NCBI GenBank assembly: GCA_021613535.1
Contig: CP075493.1
Span: 11,470,001 to 11,534,000, forward strand
Direction of reading: 5' to 3'
DNA length: 64,000 nt
Origin: Adineta vaga
Taxonomy: Eukaryota; Animalia; Rotifera
A program made the translations under genes and the position numbers. Below are positions 51,325 to 64,000 of this stretch, one piece after another; within the stretch, counting starts at the first letter, position 1; each line of letters starts with the position of its first letter. Under the pieces are notes generated by a model, which searched no databases, had not been told where the DNA came from, and saw nothing but the letters and a program-made list of their open reading frames with translations.

Positions 51325-53305
51325 ATGGGTATTCCATGTTTTTATGGTTGGTTATTAAAGGAATATCGAGAGATTAAAAGAGTCTACACAAAAGATAATC
51401 TTGGCGGCAATATCCAAGTAAATTTATATTTTCTTAACTGATGATCTTACTCTCCTTTTTAGTGTAATAATCTTTATATAGATATGAATCAAATCATTCA
51501 TAAATATGCTCAATTGAATGATGAAAACTCGATTATTGATCATGTCATCGAACATATTAATTGGATAATGTTAAGTGTTCGACCAAATCAATTAGTTTAC
51601 ATAGCTATGGATGGTGTGACACCAAGAACACGAATGCCTTGTCAACGTATGAATCGTTTTCTTAAATCAAAAAATATTTCTGACGGACTAAAAGAAAAAT
51701 TTACAACAAATGACCAACATGAATTAACAACAGAAGAAACGTTTGATAAATGTCATATAAAACCTGGTGCAAAATTTATGTGCAAATTATCGAAATATCT
51801 TCAGTATTATCTTCAAAATCGAATGTTTGAAAATCATTTTATCAGATGGCAATGTACCTGGCGAAGGTGAACATAAAATAACAAATTTCATACGTCAACA
51901 CAAAAGGTCGAATCCCAATAGATCTCATGTTATCTATAGTTCAGATAGTGACCTTGTCCTTCTTGGTTCATTAACACATGAACAAAATTTAACCATCATT
52001 TGCGATGTGTGTGCTAATTGTGAAGAGAGCGGTCATGATACAAAAGATTGTGACACGAAGAAATCCTCATCAACAATAACAACAACAACAACAGCGAATA
52101 ATGAAGCAACGAAATATGCTGTTATTTATTTATCAAAATTAATTAATTATTTTAAATTACAAAAATATGATTCATCATTATTCGCAAGAAAATACGAACG
52201 TTTTATTGATGATTGGGTGATGATATGTCTTCTATTTGGAAATGATTTTTTACCAAAATCACAATCAATAGATTTCTTTCAGAGTCAAATCACTATGAAC
52301 TCACTTTTGGATATATACAGAGAAGTTTTGAAAACAACCAACAATTATCTTACAGAAAATAGCACAATCAATGAAAATCATTTGAGAACTTTCTTGAAGA
52401 AAGTTGGTGAAAAAGACAGAGATGAAAGAATCCGTCGTCAAACATATTATCGAGATAAATTTAATGATAATGAGATAGATCTGAACACATTTCCTAATCA
52501 AATTACTGAAAGTTATGTTCGAGGTTTGTGTTGGGTTTTTCAATATTATTCTCAAGGTCCACCATCGTGGAATTGGTATGTCCTTCTTTGCGTAAATTAA
52601 TAAATAGAATAATTCTTTTTACAATATTTCAGATATTACGATCAACATTATGCTCCACTTGCTTATGATTTTTCAAATTTACGAAACGTTTCTTCAAATT
52701 TTGATTCAAATACCAAACCAGTTCGTCCTTTCGAACAAATGCTGGTGACATTTTCACCAGAAAATAAAGAATTTCTTCCGCCAGAATGGCAACCATTAAT
52801 GTCGAAAGACGATCCGCATCTTGGCAAATTTTTTCCCAAGAATTTTAATGTTGATCCAGATGGTAAAAAGAGAAGTTCACAATACATTGCATTAATACCA
52901 TTTATGGATGAAAATTCTTTACTTGTGGCTCTTCAATCTATCAACTACACATTAACTGAAGATGAAGAAAAACGCAATAGACTTGATTATGATCGTCTAT
53001 TAGTACATTCAAGAAATCCGATCTATCAAAAATTTAGAAAGTTGAATGGTAATAGTGACAAACTTGTCATAGAAGAAAATCCAATTCAATTATCACAAAT
53101 AGAAAATAGTCAACTAGTTGGGCATGTTTGGCTGAATAATGATGATGATCTTGATGAAGAAGCCATGCAAAGCTTACCAATACGTTATCAGGATAGATCA
53201 AGAGATCAAATTATTGTATTAAAATACTGCATCTGTTCATTTCGTAATAAACATGCTGATAATGTCGACCATAATAGCGTCCGTTTTCAATCGACAGCTA
53301 ATTAA
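51325..53305 (+). pseudogene. XRN2/Rat1-like 5'-3' exoribonuclease, compact, frameshifted near 51825
   Basis: MGIPCFYGWL, NLYIDMN, IAMDGVTP, SDGNVPGEGEHKI, SDSDL, zinc knuckle CANCEESGHDTKDC, GNDFLP, YVRGLCWVFQYY, HYAP, PFEQ; frame change between QNRMF and KIILSDG. Confidence 0.75.
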
Positions 53306-53497
53306 TTCAAGCAAAGTTCTCCAATACAATGACTAACATTATACACTCTTGCGTTTATGTGCAATCTTTCATGCCATCTCCATATGTCATTTATGATTTT
53401 TTTTTCTTTTGAAAAGAAATAAACTAAAGTAACCATACAGTTATGTTGTTTGTTCAAAAAAGAAAAAGATATAAAAAAGAAGTAGCAGATATAGTTT

Positions 53498-54713
53498 CTA
53501 AAGATTTGAATTTATTTTTCCTTCAAGAGGTTTTGTTGTTTCGGCTAATGAATAAACAAACTTTTCACCTGCCACTTTATTGTCCATCATTCGTTTGAAT
53601 CCTTGTTCAACTCCATTAAGACCACCTGGTATCTTAGTTACTCTGTTCGGTATTAAAAGACCATTTGGCAATAAATAATCAGAAAGTAATTTGTAGAAAT
53701 TTTCAGCAAATCGCTTATCTTCTGGTCTAGCTTCGTAGACTTTACGAAAAGCATGTATTTCATGTCCAAATATAGTATACATTAAAACACTATGTTCTTT
53801 GATATATGATGGTATTTCATTTGATATTCGAGGTAGAATAGTGACTACTTGTGGATTTTTGCCTGTTAATGTAGCACATACTTGTTTTATTGTTTCTTTT
53901 TCGGAGATACAATCAATAGCATAAGCCAATTCATTGTTGGCTAATTCTTTGATTTGTGAAACAGCGTTGGAATCTTTATAATCTAGACAGACATCAGCAC
54001 CAAGTCCTTTCAAATAATTGTGACGAACAGGTGATGCCGTTGTAATCACAAAACAACCAGCAACTTTAGCTAATTGAATAGCATATTGTCCAACACTTGT
54101 ACTGCCAGACCATATGAGAACTGGTGTTTTAGAAGAAGGACGAGGAGAAGAAGCAGAAGATGGTAAAGGTAAGTTCATCTCGTGAAATAGACCAAGAGCT
54201 GCTGTGATTGTAGCAAGTGGAATTGTAGCTGCTTGATCCGGAGATATTCTAGTTGGATAACGAAAGACAAGTGACGCTTCTTGAACAACATACTCAGAGT
54301 AAGCACCTCGAAGACCCAATTCAGCTGGTACACCACCAGGAACACACCCAGCGACTCGTTCTCCTATTCTATAATTACCTATGATGAAGAAAATAGAAAT
54401 AAACGTTCTATCCTAGTGTTAATTTTTGTATAATAACCGATAGCTTCTTTGCCAACTTCAACAACTTCACCAGCAAAATCACATCCAACAATAGAACCTG
54501 GTTTAGCAGCACCAAAATAAATCGATTTCCAATCTGTTGGATTTTGAGCAACGTGAGTGACTTTGATCAGCAGATCTTTGAGTCCACATAGAGGAAGCTA
54601 TAGATAAATAAGACATATGAGTATATCATGACTTTACAGAAAATATTTCGATTTACAGGAAGTTCTTCAAGAACGAGCTTTTTAAGTCCACGTACGACTA
54701 AAGCAAGCGGCAT
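53498..54713 (-). CDS. MDR-family trans-enoyl reductase-like oxidoreductase (fungal ToxD/LovC-like), 3 exons
   Basis: VAQNPTDWK, GCDFAGEV, GAYSEY, LIWSGSTSVGQYAIQLAK, LGADVCLDY, GGLNGV, VAGEKFV. Confidence 0.9.
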
Positions 54714-55272
54714 GATGTGTGTGTGTATCCTAGAAAGATTGCTTGAAGAAATGAAGATATAAAAGCACATGTTTTATTCTTTTTTTTCTTCTTTCTTTTC
54801 TCTTCTGTATATGTCGATACAACGCACACCCATCCAGTTATCGATTACCGTATTCTCTCGCGGTACAAAATGAAAGGAATAGAAAAAAAGACATGTGTTT
54901 TTTATCTTTTAACAAGTAGCTCTAATCATAATTGTTGTGAAACATGAAAATGACTGAAATCTCAATAGATTGATAAATGCTTGTTATTGTTTGTTCTAAT
55001 CATATAAGTTAATAATCAAATGAACAAATGGTATATCATCTGCATCTTAAAGGTATCGGTAAGAATAAATATCACATTCATATTCTTGCATATCCTTCAT
55101 ATAATAGCAATCATGTCATAGGGTGCCAATCTGGGTAATTTCACACAACATACTGTATATGTTTACACTTTATAAATCTAAAATATAAAGAATAGAAAAG
55201 AAATTTGCGTCGTTTGATTTAAGTGTTGTATTCGATCGAATAAGCAGAATTCTTTTTTGTGCAGAAATTGTT

Positions 55273-57526
55273 ATGATCAAAGAGTCGTCAAAACAACAAG
55301 AGGGTGGTTTCCCATCGATGCAAGATTTTTCAAAACCGATAAACCTAGAGGACTTAGCTCTTGTTTGGTATGATAATTCTACAAACAATGATGATCAATT
55401 GAATGAACGTCAACTTGAAGAAAGAGAATTGCGACATACTATTAATTCTTTTCAGAGATTTATACAAACACAAATTGATGAATGTCAAGTATATATTCGC
55501 GGAATCGTTAAGGAAAAAGTGTGTAACAGTCAGTGACTTCTTCATTTCTATATTTATCTAATATTATAGGTTATTTTGATTATCACCGGTGCTGATTTGG
55601 CTGAAAGATTATTACCAAATGTACATGATTGTCAGAACATTACTGATATCTATGTTCTTGTTTCACCAAACAAGAATATCAATAAAACAAAACTTATAAA
55701 TCAGTTTAATAAAGTAAATAGTAATCTCTTTCTCTATTTTCTGCTTTTGCTCTAAAAAACATTCGATGTTGCAGATAAAAGCATTTATTTTCGATATTGA
55801 TGAATTGATTCGAGTGTTTATGACGGTGAAAACTAAATATGACTCGAATGAAAAAATTTCCATCAGTGTTTTCAATCCTGATCGTTCGACAAAAGATTTA
55901 ACATCGGAAAATGGTAATTTTCTTCATCTACAACTTTTACTCGAGACTCTCGTCCGTATGCGATCTGAAGATGTGACGACATCTCTCGATGAATTCATAA
56001 ATGTCGGACGAAAACAATATCAAGACAACAATAAAAAATTAGCCGAACTTGATCAATTAAAGGCAAGCTATACTGCTCAAGAGGCTCTGCAGTGGTATAC
56101 GAATGAAACACCACCACTCTATGCTATGTTAAATAAAGCTTTTCGACAGCAGAATATCGATGTACTCTTCATATTTCGATTTTTAATTCGTGATCTAAAT
56201 CAACAACTAACGAAACTTAAACGTAAACAATTTAATAAAGATGAACATCTACTCTTGTATCGTGGTCAGATTATGTCGATAGAAGAATTTAATCAATTGA
56301 AATTATCGATTGGTCATATTATTTCAATGAATTCATTTTTATCCACAAGTCCGAATAAAAAACAAGCCAAAGTCTTTACGATGACAAAGACCATCAACAA
56401 GGAAAGTGAAGTACGCGTTTTATTTGAAATCGATGCCGACACTAATCGGCAAGATATACGTCCTTTTGCCAATATACAGGAATTTAGTCATTTTCCAATG
56501 GAAGAAGAAGTTCTTTTTATGGCTGGTTCTGTATTTCGATTAGAAAATATTCATATGGAAGAGAATAAAGAAATCGTAATATATGTGATTAAATTAACTC
56601 TCTGTGGTGACAATGACAATCAATTACGAGATGTTTTTACGTGGATGAAAGATGAAATTGGAGAAGAAACAAGTCTTTTGTCATTTGGTAATGTCTTGCA
56701 AGATCTAGGTCAATTAGATCGAGCTGCTCATTTTTATCGATGTCTATCGGTACAACTACCATTGGAAAGTTTCAATATCGCTGTATGCTATTATAGTTTG
56801 GGTAATATTTCATACACTCAAGGAAATTATGATGAAGCATTACATTATTATCAGTATCTTCTGAAAGAACTTCCTTGTTCGAATCAGCTTATGAAATATC
56901 AAGAGAACTTTATTGGACTTGTTTATACGGCTATGGGGGCTGTCTACGACGGTAAAAATGAATTAGATAATGCTGTTGAATCTTATCAACAGGCACTTGG
57001 TCTACTCGATCGAAAAAATGAATTAGAAGCAGCTACGGTCTATGCCAATCTTGGTAATGTTTATCGAAAGCAAATGAAATTTGAACTTGCACTCGAGAAA
57101 CAGCAAGTTTCATTGAAAGTAACCGAATCCTCTAAATTTTTTCGTTTCTATTATAATTATAATAGTTCCCTCATCATTTAGATGTACTCACGTCTTTTAC
57201 CAGATGGTCATCCTTTCATAGCTTCCACCTATGAGAATATTGCACAAATATATTTAAAACAATGTGAGTATGAGCAAGCACTCGATTGGTTACAGCGTGC
57301 ATTGAATATGCAGCTGGCTTCTCTACCAGAAAATCATCCTGACTTAGCTGATACATATTTTGATTTTGGTCGTCTGTATGAATGCACGGATAAACTCAAG
57401 GATGCTGCAGATTACTATGCGCAATCACTTAAAATTCGAGAATTATCATTGCCAACCAATCACAGTGATAGGATTGAAACGGAACAGTGTCTTCAAAGAA
57501 TTAACAACTTACTTTCCAAAAAGTGA
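55273..57526 (+). CDS. NAD:arginine-type ADP-ribosyltransferase + TPR repeat protein, 4 exons
   Basis: ALQWYT..LYAMLNKAFR, LYRGQ, FLSTS, EEEVLF (R-S-E triad), then TPRs (AVCYYSLGNI, ATVYANLGNVY, HPDLADTY). Confidence 0.9.
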
Positions 57527-57667
57527 ACAATTTTTTGAAAAATAGTCTTTTGCGAATAGCGAATGATAATAAATTTGACTAAATGGAAATAATCTTGACA
57601 ATGTTATCAAACAGAATTTTGTTTGTTTATATTTAAGGTACGAGAAAATCTAAATAATTGGTAGTAG

Positions 57668-57763
57668 GTGTGTGGTGAGGGTGTGTGTGGGGTGTGGTGT
57701 GGGTGTGGGTGTGGGTGTTGAAGAATGTATAGATATAATACTAACACACCTACCCAACCACAC
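57668..57763 (+). repeat. Interstitial telomeric-type repeats (TGTGGG/TGAGGG variants) followed by a degenerate inverted C-rich copy
   Basis: gtgtgtggtgagggtgtgtgtggggtgtggtgtgggtgtgggtgtgggtg, a spacer of about 25 nt, then aacacacctacccaaccacac. Confidence 0.8.
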
Positions 57764-58468
57764 GCAAACGAGTGTGCAGTTGAAAGTAACGGTGAGTTAT
57801 AAATCTGTGTATATACCCTGAAAATGTATTGTTATTGTTAAATAAAATAAAGTGGCATGGGGAAAAACCATTATGGTTACTTAAATGTACATAAACGTGA
57901 TGAATAACGTTACCATTTGAATGTTTCGATACAGTGATGAAATATATTCTTAACCCTGTACCTCAATGGAAATATTTAACTACACAATATGCTGTTGTCA
58001 CTTTTTACCACAAACTGAATTTACACTAGTGAGGTGATAGAAAAGACAGCGAACAAAAACAGTCAATATAAACTATGGAAGTTCTCCATGAAAGTCATTG
58101 TTTGAAAGTTTACAGCATTCTTCTGGGATTGTCTATAGATATATGAGGAGATATGTATATTTGTTCTATGTGCTTTCGATCGTAATGAGTAGAATCGTTA
58201 AAAATAGTGTCTGAAGAAAGACAGTATCTAATAGCCGCAAGTTAGTATCCTTAATAATCAATCACCTTTCAAAAATAACCTTTGTCACAAACACGAATTA
58301 AATACGGGAATGAATCGAACCTAAGTTGAGTGTGAATGAGATCGTCATCCACTCTTACTCAATTATTAGCTCTCTTTTATTGGAAATATATGCTTGTTTA
58401 TCTTAATATGCGGAAAAAAAACGAACATATGAATATGTCTTTCGTCTAAATTTTATTGTTTACGGATG

Positions 58469-59062
58469 TTAAACACCAATTCCAACGTAACCTCGAATTT
58501 TATCCGTAGCAACATCTGTTACTTTTGCAACGATTTGTTGTGTTAATTTCTTTTTAACTTCTGCTTGAGCTGCATCGAACTTTTTATTCATATAATTAAT
58601 TATTGTTTCCGGAATATAATGAAGTACAAGATCTAATGTACCAGCAGATTGACTTTTATCACTCATCAATGAGATTCTTGTAATATGAAGCCATTCTTTG
58701 TCAGTATTCATGTCGTATATTCCACCTTGCTCATCATCAATTAAATTTAATGTCCCATAAGCTAAAAGATCATCTTTATCTTTATCTTTATCCCAAACTT
58801 GCACATATAATGTTTCCAATTTTTCCGATACACTAAATGCAAACTTTTCATTAAATACTGGATTTGAACCATCATGAATTTGTGTCTTTTGATAAGTTTC
58901 TGTTTGAATTTCGCTCTTCATATCAATCGGAAATGGTTCAAGCGAAATAACAACATAACAATCGTTTTCACCTAACCAATCACTTTTTGCTAAGTTTGTT
59001 GCTTTAAGTACAGTTACTGATAGAATGCCTTTTAGACGTTGTACTGAAGAAGCGTCAACCAT
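58469..59062 (-). CDS. Single C2-domain protein, intronless
   Basis: LSVTVLKATNL..D....DCYV, KTQ.....NPVFNEKF.F, LYVQVWDKD..KDD.L (Ca2+-binding Asp residues present). Confidence 0.88.
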   Translation of the reverse strand: MVDASSVQRLKGILSVTVLKATNLAKSDWLGENDCYVVISLEPFPIDMKSEIQTETYQKTQIHDGSNPVFNEKFAFSVSEKLETLYVQVWDKDKDKDDLLAYGTLNLIDDEQGGIYDMNTDKEWLHITRISLMSDKSQSAGTLDLVLHYIPETIINYMNKKFDAAQAEVKKKLTQQIVAKVTDVATDKIRGYVGIGV

Positions 59063-59445
59063 TATATGTTAATGTTGTCACTGTCGTTTGAGAGATATAC
59101 GACTCAACCGTACATCGGTAAATTTATATGAAGACACGTTTTTCTATGACATGCATCACTGATTCAATATACAAAGACATATTTTCAACGATAATAATCA
59201 AGCTCCTTTTCGTTATCTTCATATATCAATCGTTGACAAAAAAAAACATTTCGTATTGTTTTTCTTTATTTTATCGCACGTGTTGATATGTATAGATGAA
59301 TATCAAACTGTAAATAAATCTATAAGTCATGTTTATATGAGTTTCGATGTGAATAAAGATATGAACAAAATTATTCAATAGCATGTTTTCATAGTTTTTT
59401 GAGTGACAATGATAATTCAGGTTTAAAAACAAATTAATTACAAAG

Positions 59446-61191
59446 TTAGTATTGTCTATACTGATTAGGCGGGTAATTGTATGGAGCGTTATTGTAGTTA
59501 AATCCCATTCCGAACTGTTGATTTTGACTTTCAGAGTTCATATAATCAGCCATCGATGAAGGCTGATGATTGTTTCCATGGGGTGGGTAAGGTGGTAAAT
59601 TGTCTAAAGATACGAGTTTTTTATTCTAATTACTTATCAATTCATCGTTGATTTTACTTTGATATTGATTTGGAAAGTAACCACCATAATTGTTGTTATT
59701 CGGTTGAAAACCATTTCCATATTGCTGCTGTTGATTATTATGATAAGGAGGAAAATTGTTTCCTGGATAGGAATTATCTGTAAAAAGAAATCAGTTAAAT
59801 GAAAAACACTTTAGTGAACGGAGGCGATAGAAATTACTGATATGTTGCTGTTGATGCCAAGGTGGAGGAGGAGCACCACCACCATTGTTACCAGTATTAC
59901 CGTGTCTTTGCCATCCTTGATTGTTTTGATAACCGCTAACACCACTATGTCCACTGTGGTCTGGTTCTTCATCTTCAACAATATCTTCGATTGCGCAATT
60001 ATCATCAACGTTACTGTTACTATTGCCCTATGAATTAGATATCGATGAAAGAGTGTCTAGACTTATTTTTCTTCTCATACCATTGACATGAGTTCTATAA
60101 CAGCTGCTTTGAGATAGTTAACAGCATCAACATTATCCCAATGTTCTCTTCCGAAATCATCACTGGAGAGTTTTCGAACAGCCCAAGCATCGAAACAAAG
60201 ATCAGGATTAGTCATATAATCGTAGGGTATATAACAATACCCTCCATCACCCTAAACACATTCATTTATCGAGAGTGCAAGAAAAGGTTGATGTTCTTTA
60301 CCCAATCTGCACCCCATGAGTTTCGCACAATGAAAGATCTCGAGTGATCACTATAGCCAACAGCTAACAATGCATGGCTACAAGACGAAAAAAACACCTG
60401 ATTGATTCCGATATTAATTCAAAAAATAAACAAACCATCCATGTGATGATCGCGTGCGATCTGATGCATTTGGCGCCGGAACAACTCCGGTCGTAGAAGC
60501 TTTATCAAATGACTTAAATAATCGTAATCCAAATGCAAATGGAAAACCTTGAGCCAGACATGATTTCATTTCGTTCAAATTAATTTCAATTTGAAGTGCT
60601 TCCGTAATCTTATGGTTTTTTGCTTCTTGATATGCTCTGTCACTGGGTCGTGTATTGACATCGGGAATATTATATGGCCAAATCGATTCAAGACAAGTAC
60701 CAAACTCTTCCAATGCTTCAATAGCACTTGTCATCGTACAACCCGAATCAGTTAAAGTTTTTGATCGACCATCTCGAGCTCGACCATTATAATAGATAAA
60801 TAATCGACTTACATCGGTATTTCCTCTATCACTCTTCTTTGTCAAATATTCGTATGCTCCTAAAAACGGACGATAAATTAAAATAGAGTCAAATTGATCT
60901 TCTCACCAGCAAGACAATTGGCTACACTATAAATAGAGAATAAAGATCTGTTAGTGACACTCTATATTTTCAACTATATTACCAACTGCCAATTCTTGAT
61001 TGATCTTCTACAGGTGTCATATCACTGCGTAGATCAACTTTATGTGGTAGATCAGCAGGAGCGTACAGTACATGATCTCGAAAAGCTTGACATAACTTTT
61101 GTTTACTGGGAAGACGATTTGATGGTATAATACCATTGAGACGAAATCTTCGAGCATCAATTCGATTGAGTAAGTAAGTTTTTAAACCCAT
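59446..61191 (-). CDS. Papain-family (C1A) cysteine protease, microbial-type, with a low-complexity C-terminal tail, multi-exon
   Basis: VDLR..MTPVEDQSRIGSC-VANC (Cys split by an intron), SRLFIYYNGR, HALLAVGYSD, FIVRNSWG, GDGGYCYIPYDY; no signal peptide. Confidence 0.88.
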
Positions 61192-62187
61192 TTTTGTAGT
61201 CTCTGAAATAAATCGTGTGCTTTATGCACTATAACTATAATGCTCTGTTGTCGTATGCTTATGTATACTGAGAATTGTAATGCGACAACAAGAACATGCG
61301 CACATTTTCTTTTCTTCCGTCATCTTATTATGGTGTGCTCTCCCACTTTTTCTTTTATAACAGCGTATTTTCTTTTTTTTGTGATTCTCGTTAAAAAAGT
61401 AAAACACGATCAACCTTCGTTATTTTCTCTGATTGAAAGAAGTATACCATGAGCACACCAATTTGCTTATATGAAATGCGTCATATTTCTTTCTTTTTTT
61501 CTCTTCTCTTTTCATTCTTAGAGTTTATTTCGAATGACAAACGCACACATACATGTGACGAGCGATATTTTATCACAAAAGCAATGATTAAAATATTGTT
61601 TGATCGATATAAATCTACAAATGAATAATAAAATAGTCAGAATTTTTCCACATAAAAAACTTTGCGAAAATTATTCGGTTCAATGCATTCAATAATTGAT
61701 CAATTCTTTCTGGAAATCGTTCGATTGGATGAGAATATTCCGAACGTATTCGCGCATCTTGTTCTACTTGAATTTTGTCTTCCGTGACTTTTTTTTCAAT
61801 TTGAAATTTTATCCAACGTCGCTATGGATGATTTAAATTTCAACCATGATATTCACGTAGTTAAATGACACATTTGGATAATAATCATTTTTCATCGAGT
61901 CATAGTATATACAAAATCAATTATTCTAAACAATTTTTATATTATACAAATCTACATCTTATCTCCAATTATACTATTTTACGTGATAAACGTAACTCAT
62001 TTCAGATTGATGATAATTTCAACTAAACATAAGAGATGATTTTATCTTCATTTAAAAGAATAGAACTCTCAAATTTATAATGCTATGCGATATGATCATT
62101 GGGATACATGGAGCTCGGGTGTGAAAAACGAAATATAAGGATTGATTTTTTTAGTTCAAATGGCTCCTAAAAGATTTGCAAAATCAT

Positions 62188-63397
62188 TCAATATAAACCA
62201 CCAAAGAATGTCAGTTCTAAAAACCAGGCTTGAAATGTAGACCATCGTTCGATAGACATTAATAGGTGATTTGTTGCTAATGGTTTGTAACTCGTGTTGA
62301 AATAATATAGCGGATAAGTATAAAAGCTACTGTTACTTCGTGGAAACCAAAATGATTGAGCCAAACATGTTCCATTCTCATCCATATACATAGCAAGTGT
62401 TTGTGGATCATGATCTCCATCACCATATACTGTCAATTGTATAGAATTTAACAGGTATGTATCATTAAAAGTAATAAATATGTAATCTAATACATTATAA
62501 CTGCCAAGTCTATTCCAGTAAGTGTAAATATCGTTATCAAAAGCACGCCACCATTCTATGCCCGAAGTATTAAATGACATATCCACATAGGAAAACTTTG
62601 CAGGAAGAGTTCCAGTCATCACCGGCATTCTTACCACAGTCATGGCTAAATAAATAAGAAAACATGAACTAAATCGATCTGTAGGAAACGTATTGAAAAT
62701 GAAATGAATGTCGTCTAATATCTGATGACGGAGAGAGTAGTGAGAAACTAAATGATACACTTACGTATACATGTCTTATTTTTTCGTGAACAAACAAGAT
62801 TAAGATCATTGCGACATTGATCACTTGTGTTACACGAGACTCCACTCAGATATTGTGGTACACATGTTTTATTCTTCCACATAGTTCCAGTTGGACATTG
62901 ACATTTTCCACATTGACAAGTCAGATTCAAAGCTTGATTACACCAAGTATCATCCTGACACGCCATTGTTGAATCGACATACAGTTGATTCAGACAACTA
63001 TCTTGATTATCATAAAAGGTGCCTGTTGGACATTGACAAGTGTTATTTCTGCATACAAGATATCGATCAGGATAACAATAATCACATGACTGATTGTAAG
63101 TCGATTTCACCAACCACACGACTAGTCGAAGTTGAAGCAACAATGGAAACAGTAGCAGAAGAGCCTTGATAGAGTTGACAGATGGATACATCATGGACGA
63201 ATGTGCGACATCGAGGATTTTGATGGCATAACAGAGCACATTTGAAAGCAGATAACCGATGAATATGTGTTAAGAAATTCAACTGCATTAACTGGAATAA
63301 AATCGACACCTTGCGTATGTAAGTCAGTATAAGATATCATATCCGTAGATATGATTCGAGCATGAACGAAAAGGAAAATAATGCAGCTATATCTCAT
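62188..63397 (-). pseudogene. Secreted PAN/Apple + EB-repeat + F5/8-like protein gene with two frameshifts
   Basis: Signal peptide in ORF 63397; CALLCHQNPRCRTF (PAN) in a second frame; C...C.CPTG.F/W....C (EB) in a third frame; last exon about 62645-62188 with AFDND..TYW. Confidence 0.65.
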
Positions 63398-64000
63398 TTT
63401 GAGTCTTTATTCAATAAACTGAGCTGCACAACTGTAAGGAACAAAAACGAAATTCCATTTTTGTTTCTTTGTCGCAATGATATACCTTACTGTAGAATCT
63501 TTATTCCAATTGTTTTTCTTCAAAGTATGTATCCTCGAATAGCTGCAAATAACAAATGATTAGACAACAAAGAACAAATAAAAGCAAGACATCAGAGGTA
63601 AAACTATTTCCTGTTTGAAATGATACATGTAAAATACATGACTACTTATCTTTATCTAAATAAATTTCCATTCTTTATGAGAACATGTTTTTCCTACCGA
63701 AGTATCATTGAAAATATGTAATATAGTTATAGAGAAAAACAATTTTTTTAATAAGTTTTACTCAAAAATCCCAATACACTTTGTATACAAAATTTATATC
63801 ACACATGCAAATAAACAATAGATAGAGTAACAAAGAATTTATTTTCAATTAGATATGATAGATTGAATTTAAAAATATTGTTCTCTGTATATAATCACAG
63901 GATGTCAGTGATGATGACGAATAATAATAGTGGCATTGTTTGTCAACAGAGAAGAACAGAAAAATATCTTTCGTCTGTTATCTGCATCATCATCATACTT

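Noticed and set aside
1-64000. tRNA, rRNA, spliced-leader RNA genes; bacterial contamination
   Set aside because: No such RNA genes recognised by eye; the foreign-type genes carry spliceosomal introns or are interleaved with metazoan genes at similar base composition

Overview
Eukaryotic, AT-rich genomic DNA with short GT-AG introns (mostly about 45-65 nt). It is almost certainly from a bdelloid rotifer: it carries (TGTGGG)n telomere-type repeats, AvGluR1-type glutamate receptors, NHL-repeat, ART-TPR and LDLRa-GPCR families, and many fungal- or bacterial-like genes. The window reads like a dynamic, possibly subtelomeric region. About 20 apparently intact genes are mixed with at least 6 decayed or frameshifted ones, several likely horizontally acquired genes and interstitial telomeric repeats. 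Main finds: (1) a roughly 2200-aa protein joining a bacterial-type PARG (TIGR02452/DUF2263) macrodomain, up to 16 PBZ-like zinc fingers and a candidate DarT-like ADP-ribosyltransferase domain, i.e. a possible ADP-ribose writer, reader and eraser in one chain. (2) A spliced gene missing from the ORF track that encodes two Rab GTPase domains in tandem with no prenylation motif. (3) A plectasin-like CS-alpha-beta defensin, also missing from the ORF track. (4) A hydantoinase-DUF917 gene cut off exactly at a telomeric-repeat hairpin. (5) A 1.5-kb degenerate array of about 96-bp palindrome-containing units. All family calls come from motif recognition by eye; no searches were run.
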